A DNA stretch of 64,000 nucleotides from a virus. Below, in pieces: positions 46,278 to 56,371 of the stretch; position 1 is the stretch's first letter; the number at the start of each line of letters is the position of its first letter. The position numbers and the translations under genes are program-made. Under the pieces are notes generated by a model. It was not told the DNA's origin and searched no databases. It saw only the letters and a list, made by a program, of their open reading frames with translations. The stretch lies in IMG/VR virus record IMGVR_UViG_3300037808_001516, positions 64,001 through 128,000 of that record, one strand, 5' to 3'.

Positions 46278-47036
46278 ATGGCACTTAATTTAGACGCTAT
46301 GAAAGCGAAACTCGATAAACTTAACGGAAAGGGAGACGGAAAGAAAAACTTCTGGCGACCAGAGGACGGAGAAAGCAATATCCGTATCGTTTCCACGAAG
46401 GACGGCGACCCGTTCAAGGAAAAGTTCTTCCACTACGGTGTTGGTGGTCAATCTTTTCTCTGCCCAAAGCGCAACTTTGGGGATGACTGCCCAACCTGCA
46501 ACTTCGCCAACAAGCTTTGGAATGAAGGCACAGAGGATAGTAAAAAGCAAGCAAAGGAGATGTTTGCAAAGCAACGTTTCTTTTCCCCGGTTCTTGTCCG
46601 AGGTGAAGAAGCAGAAGGCATTCGAGTTTGGGGATACGGCAAGATGGCTTATGAAAAGCTTCTTACAATCGTCCTTGACCCTGACTATGGTGATATCACA
46701 GACCCTGAGAATGGCAACGACCTGAAGTTGATGTACGGCAAGCTGCCTGGTGCTAGTTTCCCTCGCACCGACATTCGACCTCGGCCTCGAAAGACTGTTC
46801 TTTGTGATGATGCTGTCGGTGGAGACGACCGATGCGCAGAGCTTTTGGAGACCATTCCAAACTTTGATGAAATCTTTGAGCGCAAGACAACTGAAGAAGT
46901 TCAGTCTATTATGGACCAGTTCCTTTCAGGAGACACTGGAAATTCAGAGGTAGAAAAGTTCGGTGGCAGTAATACCACTTCTACCACGTCTTCGGACTCG
47001 GTGGAGAATGCATTCAACGATTTGTTGAATCAGTAG
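46278..47036 (+). CDS. single-stranded DNA-binding protein (gp32-like)
   Basis: FWRP..G...IRIV, H...CP......CPTC, VWGYGK, DITDPENGNDL, acidic C-terminal tail. Confidence 0.82.
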   Translation: MALNLDAMKAKLDKLNGKGDGKKNFWRPEDGESNIRIVSTKDGDPFKEKFFHYGVGGQSFLCPKRNFGDDCPTCNFANKLWNEGTEDSKKQAKEMFAKQRFFSPVLVRGEEAEGIRVWGYGKMAYEKLLTIVLDPDYGDITDPENGNDLKLMYGKLPGASFPRTDIRPRPRKTVLCDDAVGGDDRCAELLETIPNFDEIFERKTTEEVQSIMDQFLSGDTGNSEVEKFGGSNTTSTTSSDSVENAFNDLLNQ

Positions 47037-47043
47037 GTGAAAC

Positions 47044-48171
47044 ATGGCTAAGGTTTCGAAACTCAAAAAGGGTGCTTTAGATATTGCTTCTATCCGAGGC
47101 ATTATCAACAAGAAAGCCGGTAGAGAAGTTGCTCATTCACTTCAGGATAATAATCCAACAGAAGTGAATGAGTGGATTCCTACTGGTTCACGGTGGCTTG
47201 ATGCCATCATTTGCAAGGGCAGACATGCTGGTATCCCTGTGGGTAAAATCTCAGAGATTGCCGGCCTTCCTGGTACTGGTAAGTCATTCTTGGCTGCCCA
47301 GATTGCCGGGAACGCTCAAAAGATGGGTATTGATGTGGTATACTTTGATTCAGAATCAGCTATTGACCCTTCTTTTATGGAGCGCGCAGGTTGCGACCTA
47401 GACAGGCTTATGTATGTCCAAGCAGCATCTGTTGAGTTTGTCCTGGAGACCATCGAAGAACTGCTAGCCACTGGTAACAAATGGCTTTTTATTTGGGATT
47501 CTTTGGCTCTTACTCCCTCGATTTCTGATATTGATGGCGACTTCAATCCTCAGTCTTCGATGGCGGTAAAGCCTAGAATCCTAGCCAAGGGAATGTCTAA
47601 ATTAACTATCCCTATCGCTGATGCAGATGCAACCTTTCTAGTCCTCAATCAATTGAAGACTAACTTGGGAGCAAGAACACCAGCGCAGGCTATGACTGAA
47701 CCATACACGACCCCAGGTGGAAAGGCTATGATTTATGCTTATTCACTTCGTGTGTGGCTCACAGCAAGAAAAGCCAAAGCTAGTTTCATCGTGGATGACA
47801 ATGGTTTCCGCATTGGATCTGAAGTAAAGGTAAAGCTTGAAAAGTCTCGTTTTGGGACACACGGCCGAACCTGCAACTTCAAGATCCTATGGGGAGATGA
47901 TGCTGTTGGCGTCCAAGATGAAGAAAGTTGGTTCGATGCAATCCAAATCTCTGAAAGACTTGAACAGTCTGGTGCATGGTTTACGCTAATCCACAATGAT
48001 GGGTCTAAGGAAAAGTTCCAGCGCAAACAATGGGTCACCAAACTTGAGAGTGAAAAATTCAGAGAAAGTGTCTTGACTATTATTGAAGAAGATGTTATTA
48101 TGAAGTTCAAGAATAGAGAAGGCAACGCAGGCGACTTCTACGAACCGGAAGACATTCCGGCTGAAGATTAG
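47044..48171 (+). CDS. recA: RecA/UvsX recombinase
   Basis: IPTGS, GIPVG, Walker A GLPGTGKS, FDSE, WDS, LNQ, TPGGKA. Confidence 0.92.
   Translation: MAKVSKLKKGALDIASIRGIINKKAGREVAHSLQDNNPTEVNEWIPTGSRWLDAIICKGRHAGIPVGKISEIAGLPGTGKSFLAAQIAGNAQKMGIDVVYFDSESAIDPSFMERAGCDLDRLMYVQAASVEFVLETIEELLATGNKWLFIWDSLALTPSISDIDGDFNPQSSMAVKPRILAKGMSKLTIPIADADATFLVLNQLKTNLGARTPAQAMTEPYTTPGGKAMIYAYSLRVWLTARKAKASFIVDDNGFRIGSEVKVKLEKSRFGTHGRTCNFKILWGDDAVGVQDEESWFDAIQISERLEQSGAWFTLIHNDGSKEKFQRKQWVTKLESEKFRESVLTIIEEDVIMKFKNREGNAGDFYEPEDIPAED
48073..48101 (+). promoter_or_regulatory. sigma70-type promoter inside the recA 3' end (TTGACT-17-TATTAT, extended TG)
   Basis: Hexamers and spacing read directly. Confidence 0.55.
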
Positions 48172-48180
48172 CCACTACAC

Positions 48181-48208
48181 AGCCCGCCTCTTCTGGCGGG
48201 CTTTTTTT
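48181..48208 (+). terminator. Rho-independent terminator after recA
   Basis: AGCCCGCC-TCTTCT-GGCGGGCT followed by a T run. Confidence 0.85.
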
Positions 48209-48220
48209 ATGGAGAAGAAG

Positions 48221-49183
48221 ATGAATAGAGTAATGATTGTAGACGCATATAACCAGTTTATTAGAGGTTATATCGTAGACCCAAGTAAGAACCCCAATGG
48301 CGACCCAATCGGCGGCATACGGACGTTTATCAACATCACAAACAAACTGACTAGAGAAATCAAGCCAGACTTGGTAGTGTTAGTATGGGACGGCAAGGGC
48401 GGCTCGCAAAAGCGTAGAGCAATGAACAAGGCCTACAAGGGAGGCCGCAAGCCACCACGCACTAACTGGGGTCAAGTAGGTATGAGCCCGGAGGAGCTTA
48501 CGGACAATAAGGTGTGGCAACAAATGAGAGTGATTGAATACTTCAACAGTACTCCTATGATTCAGTTTATGGAACCACACGTAGAGGCAGACGACGTTAT
48601 CTCTTACATCAAGAATACATCAATGTTTGAAGACTGGCAAAAGGTCATCGTCTCAGCAGATAAAGATTTTATTCAATTATTGGATGATAAAACAATCCTG
48701 CACAGACCTATCCAGAAAGAGTATCTAAATAAGAACAGTATAGTGGAGAAATTCAACATCCACCCCACGAACTTTGCTCTTGCAAGGGCTATCGTTGGAG
48801 ACTCCTCGGATAACCTACCAGGAGTGCCTAGAGTAGGACTACCGACAGTAGCAAAGAAATTTCCTTTCCTAAAAGAAGAGAAGACGCACTACTTAGATAG
48901 CATTCTGGCTGAATGCAGTAAACCAGAAAATAACCAAAAAGTGTATACAAACATTTTAGAATCAAAGGAGTTAATAGAAAACAATTATGATATTATGCAA
49001 TTATCCTCACCAATGTTGTCAATTCAAGCCAAACAAGGGATCGACGATACGTTTGAGCAATATAGCCCCCACTACAATCAAACGGAAATGAGAAAACTGA
49101 TGATCCAGGACGGAGTTCTCACCGTAAGCACCCAAGACCTAGACCAGAGATTTAACAATATTATCTCTTCCTTTTCTCGGTAA
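48221..49183 (+). CDS. 5'-3' exonuclease / flap endonuclease (PolI N-terminal, T4 RNase H-like)
   Basis: IVDAYN, VWDG, YKGGR, EADDVI, SADKDFIQL, GDSSDNLPGVPRVG. Confidence 0.92.
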   Translation: MNRVMIVDAYNQFIRGYIVDPSKNPNGDPIGGIRTFINITNKLTREIKPDLVVLVWDGKGGSQKRRAMNKAYKGGRKPPRTNWGQVGMSPEELTDNKVWQQMRVIEYFNSTPMIQFMEPHVEADDVISYIKNTSMFEDWQKVIVSADKDFIQLLDDKTILHRPIQKEYLNKNSIVEKFNIHPTNFALARAIVGDSSDNLPGVPRVGLPTVAKKFPFLKEEKTHYLDSILAECSKPENNQKVYTNILESKELIENNYDIMQLSSPMLSIQAKQGIDDTFEQYSPHYNQTEMRKLMIQDGVLTVSTQDLDQRFNNIISSFSR

Positions 49184-49218
49184 AACCTGTTATACTGTAT
49201 AGATAACAAAGGATAAAC

Positions 49219-50595
49219 ATGGAACAAGATACAAGCTTCTCCAAATTTGGTAAGTCTTTTCAGGAAGACCTATGCCACATGATTTTGAACGACCGTCCAT
49301 TCGCGGACCAAATGTTCGAAGTCTTAGACATTAACTTTTTGGAACTGAAGCACTTGAGAGTGTTCATCCAGAAGATACAGGACTACAGAAAAAGATACGG
49401 TGTACACCCAACCTCTAAGATTATGCTATCGGTCATCCGAACAGGGTTAGACAGCGAGCCAGAGTCGGTCAAGACTAGAATCAGGGACTATTACGCCCGA
49501 GTACTAGCCAATGGTCAGGAACCAGACGCGGTTGAATACATCAAGGACACAGCGCTGGATTTCTGTAAGAAGCAGAAACTAAAGGGTGCTTTGATAAAGT
49601 CGGTTGAACTAATTAAATCGTCTTCCTTCGACGAGGTGTCTAAAGTTATCGACGATGCTCTCAAATTAGGTTCAGACAATACAATGGGTTATGATTATAT
49701 TGCGGACTTCGAGGCGAGATTTCTCAAGAAAGCAAGAGACCCAGTAACAACAGGGTGGGCAGATATTGATGACATTTCTAAGGGAGGTCTTGGTAAAGGG
49801 GAGCTTGGCGTTGTTGTGGCTCCTACTGGTGCAGGCAAATCAATGGTCCTCGTACATCTTGGGGCGCAGGCAGTCAAGGCCGGCAAAAATGTACTACACT
49901 ACACATTGGAACTTGGTGACACTATTGTTGCTGGTCGTTATGACGCTGCTATTACTGGCGTTGAACTGAAAAATCTAGCAGTTTTCAAAGAGAAGATTTA
50001 TGATGAGATAAAAGATGTTCAAGGTAGGCTCATCGTCAAGGAATATCCCACCAGAAGCGCTAATATCCAAACAATCAAAAACCACATTGAGAAGCTAAAA
50101 CGCCGAGATTTCGTCCCAGACATGATCATCGTGGACTACGGAGACCTAATTCGACCAGAAAATGGCGGAAAAGATGAGAAAAGACACCAACTCGAAACTA
50201 TTTACGAAGAGCTAAGAGGATTGGCTCAAATTTGCGAGTGTCCACTCTGGACAGCATCGCAAACAAACAGGTCCGGACTGAATGCTGAAGTGATTACCAT
50301 GGAATCGATTTCGGAGGCATTCAACAAATGCTTTGTAGCAGATTTTATCTTTACCGTCTCTAGAACGGTGGAGGACAAGAACAATAACACTGGTCGTATC
50401 TTCGTAGCGAAGAATAGGAACGGCCCGGATGGACTCGTGTATCCTTTGTTCATGGATACCAGCAGCGTGACCATCAAAGTCCTGTCTCAGACAGGTGAAA
50501 CAGTAAATGATATAATTCAAAAATCTTCGAAGGACAGGTTAGATGCTTTGAAGGAAAAATACCAAGTATTCAAGAAAGAAGGAGGAAAGAAATAA
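49219..50595 (+). CDS. DnaB-like replicative helicase (T4 gp41-like)
   Basis: APTGAGKS, TLE, IVDYGD, TASQTNR, KNRNG. Confidence 0.92.
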   Translation: MEQDTSFSKFGKSFQEDLCHMILNDRPFADQMFEVLDINFLELKHLRVFIQKIQDYRKRYGVHPTSKIMLSVIRTGLDSEPESVKTRIRDYYARVLANGQEPDAVEYIKDTALDFCKKQKLKGALIKSVELIKSSSFDEVSKVIDDALKLGSDNTMGYDYIADFEARFLKKARDPVTTGWADIDDISKGGLGKGELGVVVAPTGAGKSMVLVHLGAQAVKAGKNVLHYTLELGDTIVAGRYDAAITGVELKNLAVFKEKIYDEIKDVQGRLIVKEYPTRSANIQTIKNHIEKLKRRDFVPDMIIVDYGDLIRPENGGKDEKRHQLETIYEELRGLAQICECPLWTASQTNRSGLNAEVITMESISEAFNKCFVADFIFTVSRTVEDKNNNTGRIFVAKNRNGPDGLVYPLFMDTSSVTIKVLSQTGETVNDIIQKSSKDRLDALKEKYQVFKKEGGKK

Positions 50596-52458
50596 ATGGA
50601 ATTATCGAATCAAATATTATCAGAAATAACAGTGCACATGAAGTACGCAAGGTACCTGGAGAGTGAACAGAGAAGAGAGACGTGGGACGAACTAGTAACA
50701 CGCAACATGAACATGCACCTAAAGAAGTTTCCTGAACTGGAACTTCAAATCGTCAAGGCTTACAAAATGGTCTTCGATAGAAAGGTGCTACCTTCAATGA
50801 GATCAATGCAATTTGGTGGTAAACCAATTGAAGTGGCCCCAAATCGTATCTTTAATTGCGCATTCATGCCTACTGACGACTGGAGATGCTTTGGAGAGGC
50901 CATGTTTCTCCTTCTCGGCGGTACCGGTGTTGGTTATTCTGTACAAAAGCACCACACAGAGAAATTACCAGAGATTACCAAGCCAAACATGAACAGAACG
51001 CGTCGCTTCCTAGTCAATGACTCAATCGAAGGCTGGGCAGACGCGGTAAAAGCTCTTGTACGCTCTTATTTCCAGGGAGGTTCACACCTTCGCTTTGACT
51101 TTACAGACATCCGACCAAAGGGAGCAGCACTAATCACTTCAGGTGGCAAAGCCCCAGGACCACAGCCTCTCAAGGAGTGCCTGGTCAAACTAGAAGGTAT
51201 TCTCTCAAACCGTGAAAACGGTGAGAAGCTTTCCACAATCGAAGTACATGACATGATTTGCCACATCGCAGACGCAGTTCTTGCCGGCGGCATTAGGAGA
51301 GCAGCACTTATTTCCTTATTTTCAGCAGATGACGAGGACATGATCGCAGCCAAAACAGGAAACTGGTGGGAAACCAATCCACAACGAGGTAGAGCCAACA
51401 ACTCTGTTGTACTATTACGCCACAAGATTGATAAAGAATACTTTATGAGCCTTTGGGACAGAGTTAAAGCTTCTGGCGCTGGAGAGCCTGGTTTTTATTT
51501 TTCAAACGATAAAGACTGGGGAACCAACCCTTGTTGTGAGATTGGTTTACGTCCATACCAGTTCTGTAACCTCACGGAAGTAAACGTATCTAACGTAGAG
51601 GATCAAGCAGACCTCAATGAGAGAGTTAGAGCCGCAACTTTTATCGGAACTTTACAAGCCAGCTATACAGATTTTCACTATCTTCGCGACATTTGGCGCA
51701 GAACTACAGAAAAAGACGCACTTATCGGTGTATCTATGACCGGTATCGCTTCTGGAGCCGTCTTAGAATTAGACATGAAAGAGGCAGCGAAAGGTGTAAA
51801 GACAGAGAACGCAAGAGTGGCGGAGCTTATTGGAATCAAACCAGCAGCACGAACAACTTGTGTAAAACCCGCGGGAACTACAAGCTTGACGCTTGGAACA
51901 TCTTCAGGTATCCACGCTTGGCACAATGACTACTATATTCGCAGAATCCGTGTAGGCAAGAACGAGCCTATCTACGCACACCTGTTGAGCAACCATCCAG
52001 AGCTAGTAGAGGATGAATACTTCAGTCCTCACACTACTGCCGTCATCTCTATTCCACAGAAGGCCCCAGAAGGCTCTATCATGAGAACAGAGTCGGCGCT
52101 ACAGCTACTCAAGAGAGTAAAACTCGTGACTGACGAGTGGGTAAAGCCAGGTTTTCGCAAGGGACAGAACACTCACAACATATCAGCGACTGTGTCGATA
52201 AAAGATGCGGAATGGGTTGACGTAGGCGAGTGGATGTGGGATAATAGAGCTAGCTATAACGGCTTATCGGTTCTTCCCTACAACGGTGGAACCTATACGC
52301 AGGCTCCATTCGAAGATTGCTCAAAGGAGACTTACGAAGCTATGATGGCCTCTCTCACTAATATCGACCTCACTCAGGTCTCTGAAGATGAAGACAACAC
52401 TAACCTAGCAGGTGAAGTTGCCTGTGCTGGTGGAGCTTGCGAAATAAAATTCGTATAA
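50596..52458 (+). CDS. nrdJ: class II (B12-dependent) ribonucleotide reductase
   Basis: KYAR..RRETW, NCAF, GGIRRAALI, TNPCCEI, CNL, VKPAGT, C-terminal CAGGACE; no beta subunit nearby. Confidence 0.9.
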   Translation: MELSNQILSEITVHMKYARYLESEQRRETWDELVTRNMNMHLKKFPELELQIVKAYKMVFDRKVLPSMRSMQFGGKPIEVAPNRIFNCAFMPTDDWRCFGEAMFLLLGGTGVGYSVQKHHTEKLPEITKPNMNRTRRFLVNDSIEGWADAVKALVRSYFQGGSHLRFDFTDIRPKGAALITSGGKAPGPQPLKECLVKLEGILSNRENGEKLSTIEVHDMICHIADAVLAGGIRRAALISLFSADDEDMIAAKTGNWWETNPQRGRANNSVVLLRHKIDKEYFMSLWDRVKASGAGEPGFYFSNDKDWGTNPCCEIGLRPYQFCNLTEVNVSNVEDQADLNERVRAATFIGTLQASYTDFHYLRDIWRRTTEKDALIGVSMTGIASGAVLELDMKEAAKGVKTENARVAELIGIKPAARTTCVKPAGTTSLTLGTSSGIHAWHNDYYIRRIRVGKNEPIYAHLLSNHPELVEDEYFSPHTTAVISIPQKAPEGSIMRTESALQLLKRVKLVTDEWVKPGFRKGQNTHNISATVSIKDAEWVDVGEWMWDNRASYNGLSVLPYNGGTYTQAPFEDCSKETYEAMMASLTNIDLTQVSEDEDNTNLAGEVACAGGACEIKFV

Positions 52459-52464
52459 AACTAC

Positions 52465-52493
52465 TTGACAAATGTGATAAAATGTCATATTAT
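52465..52493 (+). promoter_or_regulatory. sigma70-type promoter (TTGACA-17-TATTAT)
   Basis: Intergenic after nrdJ. Confidence 0.75.
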
Positions 52494-52524
52494 TATAATA
52501 CAACTCAACAACAAAGGAGAATTT

Positions 52525-52791
52525 ATGAGTTCTAACGACAAATTGCTAACCAAAGAGGAGCACCTCTCAAACTATATCAAGACCTTCGTGGCCATTGAAG
52601 ACGCCATGGAACCATTCAAGGAGCAGCGCTCTGACCTTCGAGAATCCTACAACGAAAATGGATGGTTATCAAAGGAAGAGATGAGACTGGCAGTGAAAGC
52701 GTACCGACTTTATAAGTCAGAGACGGATATGGAAATCTTGACTGATTATGTAAACAAGTGTCAGCGTTCTATGGGGAGAATTTTAGCATGA
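52525..52791 (+). CDS. small dsDNA-binding-like protein (GapR/DUF2312-like)
   Basis: L..YI.....IED......EQ..DL...Y...G pattern; AAGGAG RBS before ATG 52525. Confidence 0.45.
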   Translation: MSSNDKLLTKEEHLSNYIKTFVAIEDAMEPFKEQRSDLRESYNENGWLSKEEMRLAVKAYRLYKSETDMEILTDYVNKCQRSMGRILA

Positions 52792-53111
52792 GTGGAGTAC
52801 CATTCAGACTCAAGCCGGTGAACAGACATCTTTTGGTGGTACCTCATGTCGCAAAGAATGAGACCACCACAGGAGTTCTGCTCCCTGACGATTTTAAGCC
52901 AGATGAAGACAGGTATATCGAGGCCACTGTTATCGATGTCGCATCTGATTGTAGCCCTCAGTTCAAGTACCTTAGGCTCGGGAACGTTGATAATAAGAAA
53001 ATTATTGTTGATAGGACCATGGTCGAGGAAGTGAAGCTAAAGGAAAAAACCCACTACATGATTTTAGAAAACTACGTAGTGGGAGTATACAGGAGGCCGG
53101 ATGAGGGTTGA
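52788..53111 (+). CDS. GroES/Cpn10-like co-chaperonin
   Basis: LKPVNRHLLV...ETTTGVLLPD...ATVIDV...MILENYVVG. Confidence 0.75.
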   Translation: MSGVPFRLKPVNRHLLVVPHVAKNETTTGVLLPDDFKPDEDRYIEATVIDVASDCSPQFKYLRLGNVDNKKIIVDRTMVEEVKLKEKTHYMILENYVVGVYRRPDEG

Positions 53112-53805
53112 ACTCTTTGACGACAAGATAGGTGCGGTTGAGTACGTTTCACATATGGGTTCAGATCTCTCGGTTGTTAATGCAGCAAGGGTATCTTTCG
53201 GATCGGAAAAAGAAGAAGTAGATGAGAAGGATATCAAACTTATCAACTACCTTATGGACCATAACCACAGTTCTCCTTTTGAGCACTGTGCTATCACGTT
53301 TAGGTTCACAGTACCTCTCTTTATACGTAGCCAGCACCACAGACACAGGACTTGGGCCTATAATGAAATCTCTAGAAGATACACATCAGTAGACATCAAC
53401 TTCTACGAACCTAAAGAGTTTAGGCAGCAGCACAAAAGCAACAGGCAGGCCAGCACTGACGACTTGATAAACCCAATTGTCGAGTACAACAGGTCCGGTC
53501 TGCCTATCTCAGCCGGAGCCTCAACATTAGTGAAAGCGCACCATCAAGAGTGTATGAAACTATTTGAGCAGATGCTGAAGTCCGGAATTTGTAGAGAGCA
53601 AGCAAGAGGCGTTCTACCTCAAAATTTGTATACGCAGTATTACGGTACAGTAAATCTACACAATCTTCTCAAGTTCGTATCATTACGTTCGCACGCAGGA
53701 GCACAGTGGGAGATTCAGCAAGTTGCCGAGGCCTGCCTAGAGATTGCAGAAGACCTATTCCCACACTCGGTACACTCATTCATCAAAAGTAAGATGGAGA
53801 AGTGA
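53101..53805 (+). CDS. thyX: flavin-dependent thymidylate synthase
   Basis: AARVS, HSSPFEH, RHR...NEISRRY, EQARGVLP, AQWEI. Confidence 0.95.
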   Translation: MRVELFDDKIGAVEYVSHMGSDLSVVNAARVSFGSEKEEVDEKDIKLINYLMDHNHSSPFEHCAITFRFTVPLFIRSQHHRHRTWAYNEISRRYTSVDINFYEPKEFRQQHKSNRQASTDDLINPIVEYNRSGLPISAGASTLVKAHHQECMKLFEQMLKSGICREQARGVLPQNLYTQYYGTVNLHNLLKFVSLRSHAGAQWEIQQVAEACLEIAEDLFPHSVHSFIKSKMEK

Positions 53806-54284
53806 TGGAATCCGTAATGACCTTGTGCCTCGCTGCCGGATTAGCTTTACAGTTGAACCCTGTCCAGCAAAGAAACGTTTGTCGATACGAAAAAGATATT
53901 ATCGAGAACGCAAATAAATATAATCTAGAGCCAGAGTTAGTCGCAGGTCTCATGTTCGTGGAGAGCGCATACTACCCAAATGCTGTTTCGCATGCAGATG
54001 CCTGTGGTTTGATGCAGGTTGTTCCTAAGTGGACAGGTGGGCGCGCCACTGGAGGTAAGAGGTACACATGCGAACAACTGAAGGATCCCAGGACAGCAAT
54101 AAGTACGGGTACCCGCATCCTAAACTGGACCATCAACAGTTTCGCAAAGGGCAATCTCGACCAGGGCCTATGCTTTTACAACGCCGGCTCGATTTGCAAG
54201 AAAGAAGTGTTCTATAAGAACCTTTACTATGTTAAATTAGTTAAAAGAATCAGAGACAAAATCAAGAGAGTATACGAGGAATAG
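53802..54284 (+). CDS. soluble lytic transglycosylase (SLT domain) with hydrophobic N-terminus
   Basis: VES catalytic Glu, GLMQV, YNAG. Confidence 0.85.
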   Translation: MMESVMTLCLAAGLALQLNPVQQRNVCRYEKDIIENANKYNLEPELVAGLMFVESAYYPNAVSHADACGLMQVVPKWTGGRATGGKRYTCEQLKDPRTAISTGTRILNWTINSFAKGNLDQGLCFYNAGSICKKEVFYKNLYYVKLVKRIRDKIKRVYEE

Positions 54285-54289
54285 CCACA

Positions 54290-56371
54290 ATGAGATACCT
54301 ACCTTTGCTGCTAGTCTTAGCGTCCTGCGCAGACACAGTTCCACAACAAAGCGAGACAAATGACCTACAAGTAGGCATAAGTGCAGACCTTTTGTCCCCA
54401 GACATACAAATTATAGAAATCCCAGACATCATTGTCGATGCTTATGTCGACCCTTGTGCTGATGTTCGGAACATAGACGAGGACTATTGTGAATGCTTTC
54501 CTCGTTGTTGCCAGCGGCAAACTTGGTATTGCCCACCAACAGGAACAGAGATTCAGGCCAAAGAAGCTATTCTGGACATATGCGGGGAAGACTACATTCC
54601 ATGTGATAGAAACCTGGACGACACCTGCGCGCCATCAGAGATTATCTATGAAAGCGACTGCAACCACGCATTTGACTGTCCCCCGGGAATAAACGAAGAC
54701 TTTACAATGTATTATGATTGTGATGCAAATGGTATTCCGGGCAGACAAGAGGTAAGATGCGACAAAGGTAGATTATATTATGGAGAGTGTGTAACTTGCA
54801 TCCCTTCAGACGAAGTATGTGATAGCGTCGACAATGATTGCGACGACGCAGTGGACGAGCATCAGCTAAATGAGTGTGGGCTATGTGGACCTCTTCCTCA
54901 GGATGTGTGCAACAACATAGATGATGACTGCGATGGCAATGTGGACGAAGACTTAGTTAGGGAATGTGTTACTGAATGCGAACGTGGCATCGAAGCGTGC
55001 ATCGAAGGCCGTTGGATAGGTTGTACTGCGAGACAACCAACGGAAGAAGCCTGTGATGGCTTTGACAACGATTGTGATGCTCTGGTAGATGAAGCTTTAA
55101 ACTGTCAGTGTCCCCCTGCTATGATCGGGGCCCTTATTCCCTGTATGGAGCCACCACTTACATGTGGTATGGGGTTCAAGACTTGCGAGTGTGATAACGA
55201 CGATTGCTCTTTGACTAAAATGACGGATTGTCTTGCCCTCTGTTCTTGGTTGCCTGAAGAAGTGGTACCCGCAGACGCACCAGATACTTGCGATGAATTT
55301 CTGGGTATTCCGGTAGAGCCTGAGGTTTGCAATAATTTTGATGAAGACTGCGACGGACTCATCGACGAGCAACTAACAAAGTTTTGCTACTCAGGCCCCG
55401 AAGGAACATCTAATGTGGGCGTCTGTCAAGTAGGAGAGATGTTGTGCAAGGAAGGTCAATGGTATGGAGAGGTTTCTAGTGGAGACCTACTGCTAGACTT
55501 TTGCGCCGGCGAGGTTGTACCAAGTAGAGAGATTTGTGACGGAGCAGATAACGACTGCGACGGCACTACAGACTTTGGAGAGGAAATACCAGACACAGAC
55601 ATTCTGTTCATCCTCGACTGGTCCGGGTCAATGTCGTACAGCATTGGCGCCACTCGCATGGCGATGAACAGGTTTGCTAATCAATTCGCAGCAGAGGACA
55701 AACTGAAGTGGGGACTAGAAACTGGACCCAGGATGCTACCAGCTCTTGGGCAGGACGACCTTGATACGGCAGAATATTTAAGAATTGAGACAAACATTGC
55801 AAGTTTTGCTGATTTTATGTCTGCATTCGCGAACGCCGGCAACTTCGATCTCGGATCCAGCAACGAAATGCTTCGTGACGCTGTCTATCTGTCAATTGAT
55901 AATCTAACAACCAATGGACCCTATGACGTCTCTTCAGCTAGGTGGCTAAACAGGCTATCAACAAACGTAAATTCTATCCCTCCGCTGCAGCAATTCAAGA
56001 TTGACTGGAGGCAAGACGCCGACAGGATAATCATTGTTTTTACAGATGAGGATGATCAATCTTATTTGGTTCCGGAAGTAGAACCTTCAGACCTTATAAC
56101 GGCCCTCTCCGCCACGCCAGACACAAAGCTATACGTCTTTACCAAACCTTACTATAGAGCCCAGTGGAGAAGGTATATCGACCCGACAGGTGGTAGTGCG
56201 TTCATCCTTACGTCAAACTCAGAACAGATGTACAACGACTTGATGTCTATCCTTGATGAAATATGCCTGCCTGACTCGTCGACTGCAGCCTTACTGCCAC
56301 TTGGCATGCCCGGATATAAGAGAGTTAGTTATGGATCAAGATATGATTTTGAGATGGGGATATGTTACTAG
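54290..56371 (+). CDS. lipoprotein with Cys/Asp metal-binding repeats and a C-terminal VWA domain
   Basis: Lipobox LASC; five E/D-x-C-D/N-x-x-D-x-D-C-D-x-x-x-D repeats; MIDAS DWSGS and FTDE. Confidence 0.85.
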   Translation: MRYLPLLLVLASCADTVPQQSETNDLQVGISADLLSPDIQIIEIPDIIVDAYVDPCADVRNIDEDYCECFPRCCQRQTWYCPPTGTEIQAKEAILDICGEDYIPCDRNLDDTCAPSEIIYESDCNHAFDCPPGINEDFTMYYDCDANGIPGRQEVRCDKGRLYYGECVTCIPSDEVCDSVDNDCDDAVDEHQLNECGLCGPLPQDVCNNIDDDCDGNVDEDLVRECVTECERGIEACIEGRWIGCTARQPTEEACDGFDNDCDALVDEALNCQCPPAMIGALIPCMEPPLTCGMGFKTCECDNDDCSLTKMTDCLALCSWLPEEVVPADAPDTCDEFLGIPVEPEVCNNFDEDCDGLIDEQLTKFCYSGPEGTSNVGVCQVGEMLCKEGQWYGEVSSGDLLLDFCAGEVVPSREICDGADNDCDGTTDFGEEIPDTDILFILDWSGSMSYSIGATRMAMNRFANQFAAEDKLKWGLETGPRMLPALGQDDLDTAEYLRIETNIASFADFMSAFANAGNFDLGSSNEMLRDAVYLSIDNLTTNGPYDVSSARWLNRLSTNVNSIPPLQQFKIDWRQDADRIIIVFTDEDDQSYLVPEVEPSDLITALSATPDTKLYVFTKPYYRAQWRRYIDPTGGSAFILTSNSEQMYNDLMSILDEICLPDSSTAALLPLGMPGYKRVSYGSRYDFEMGICY

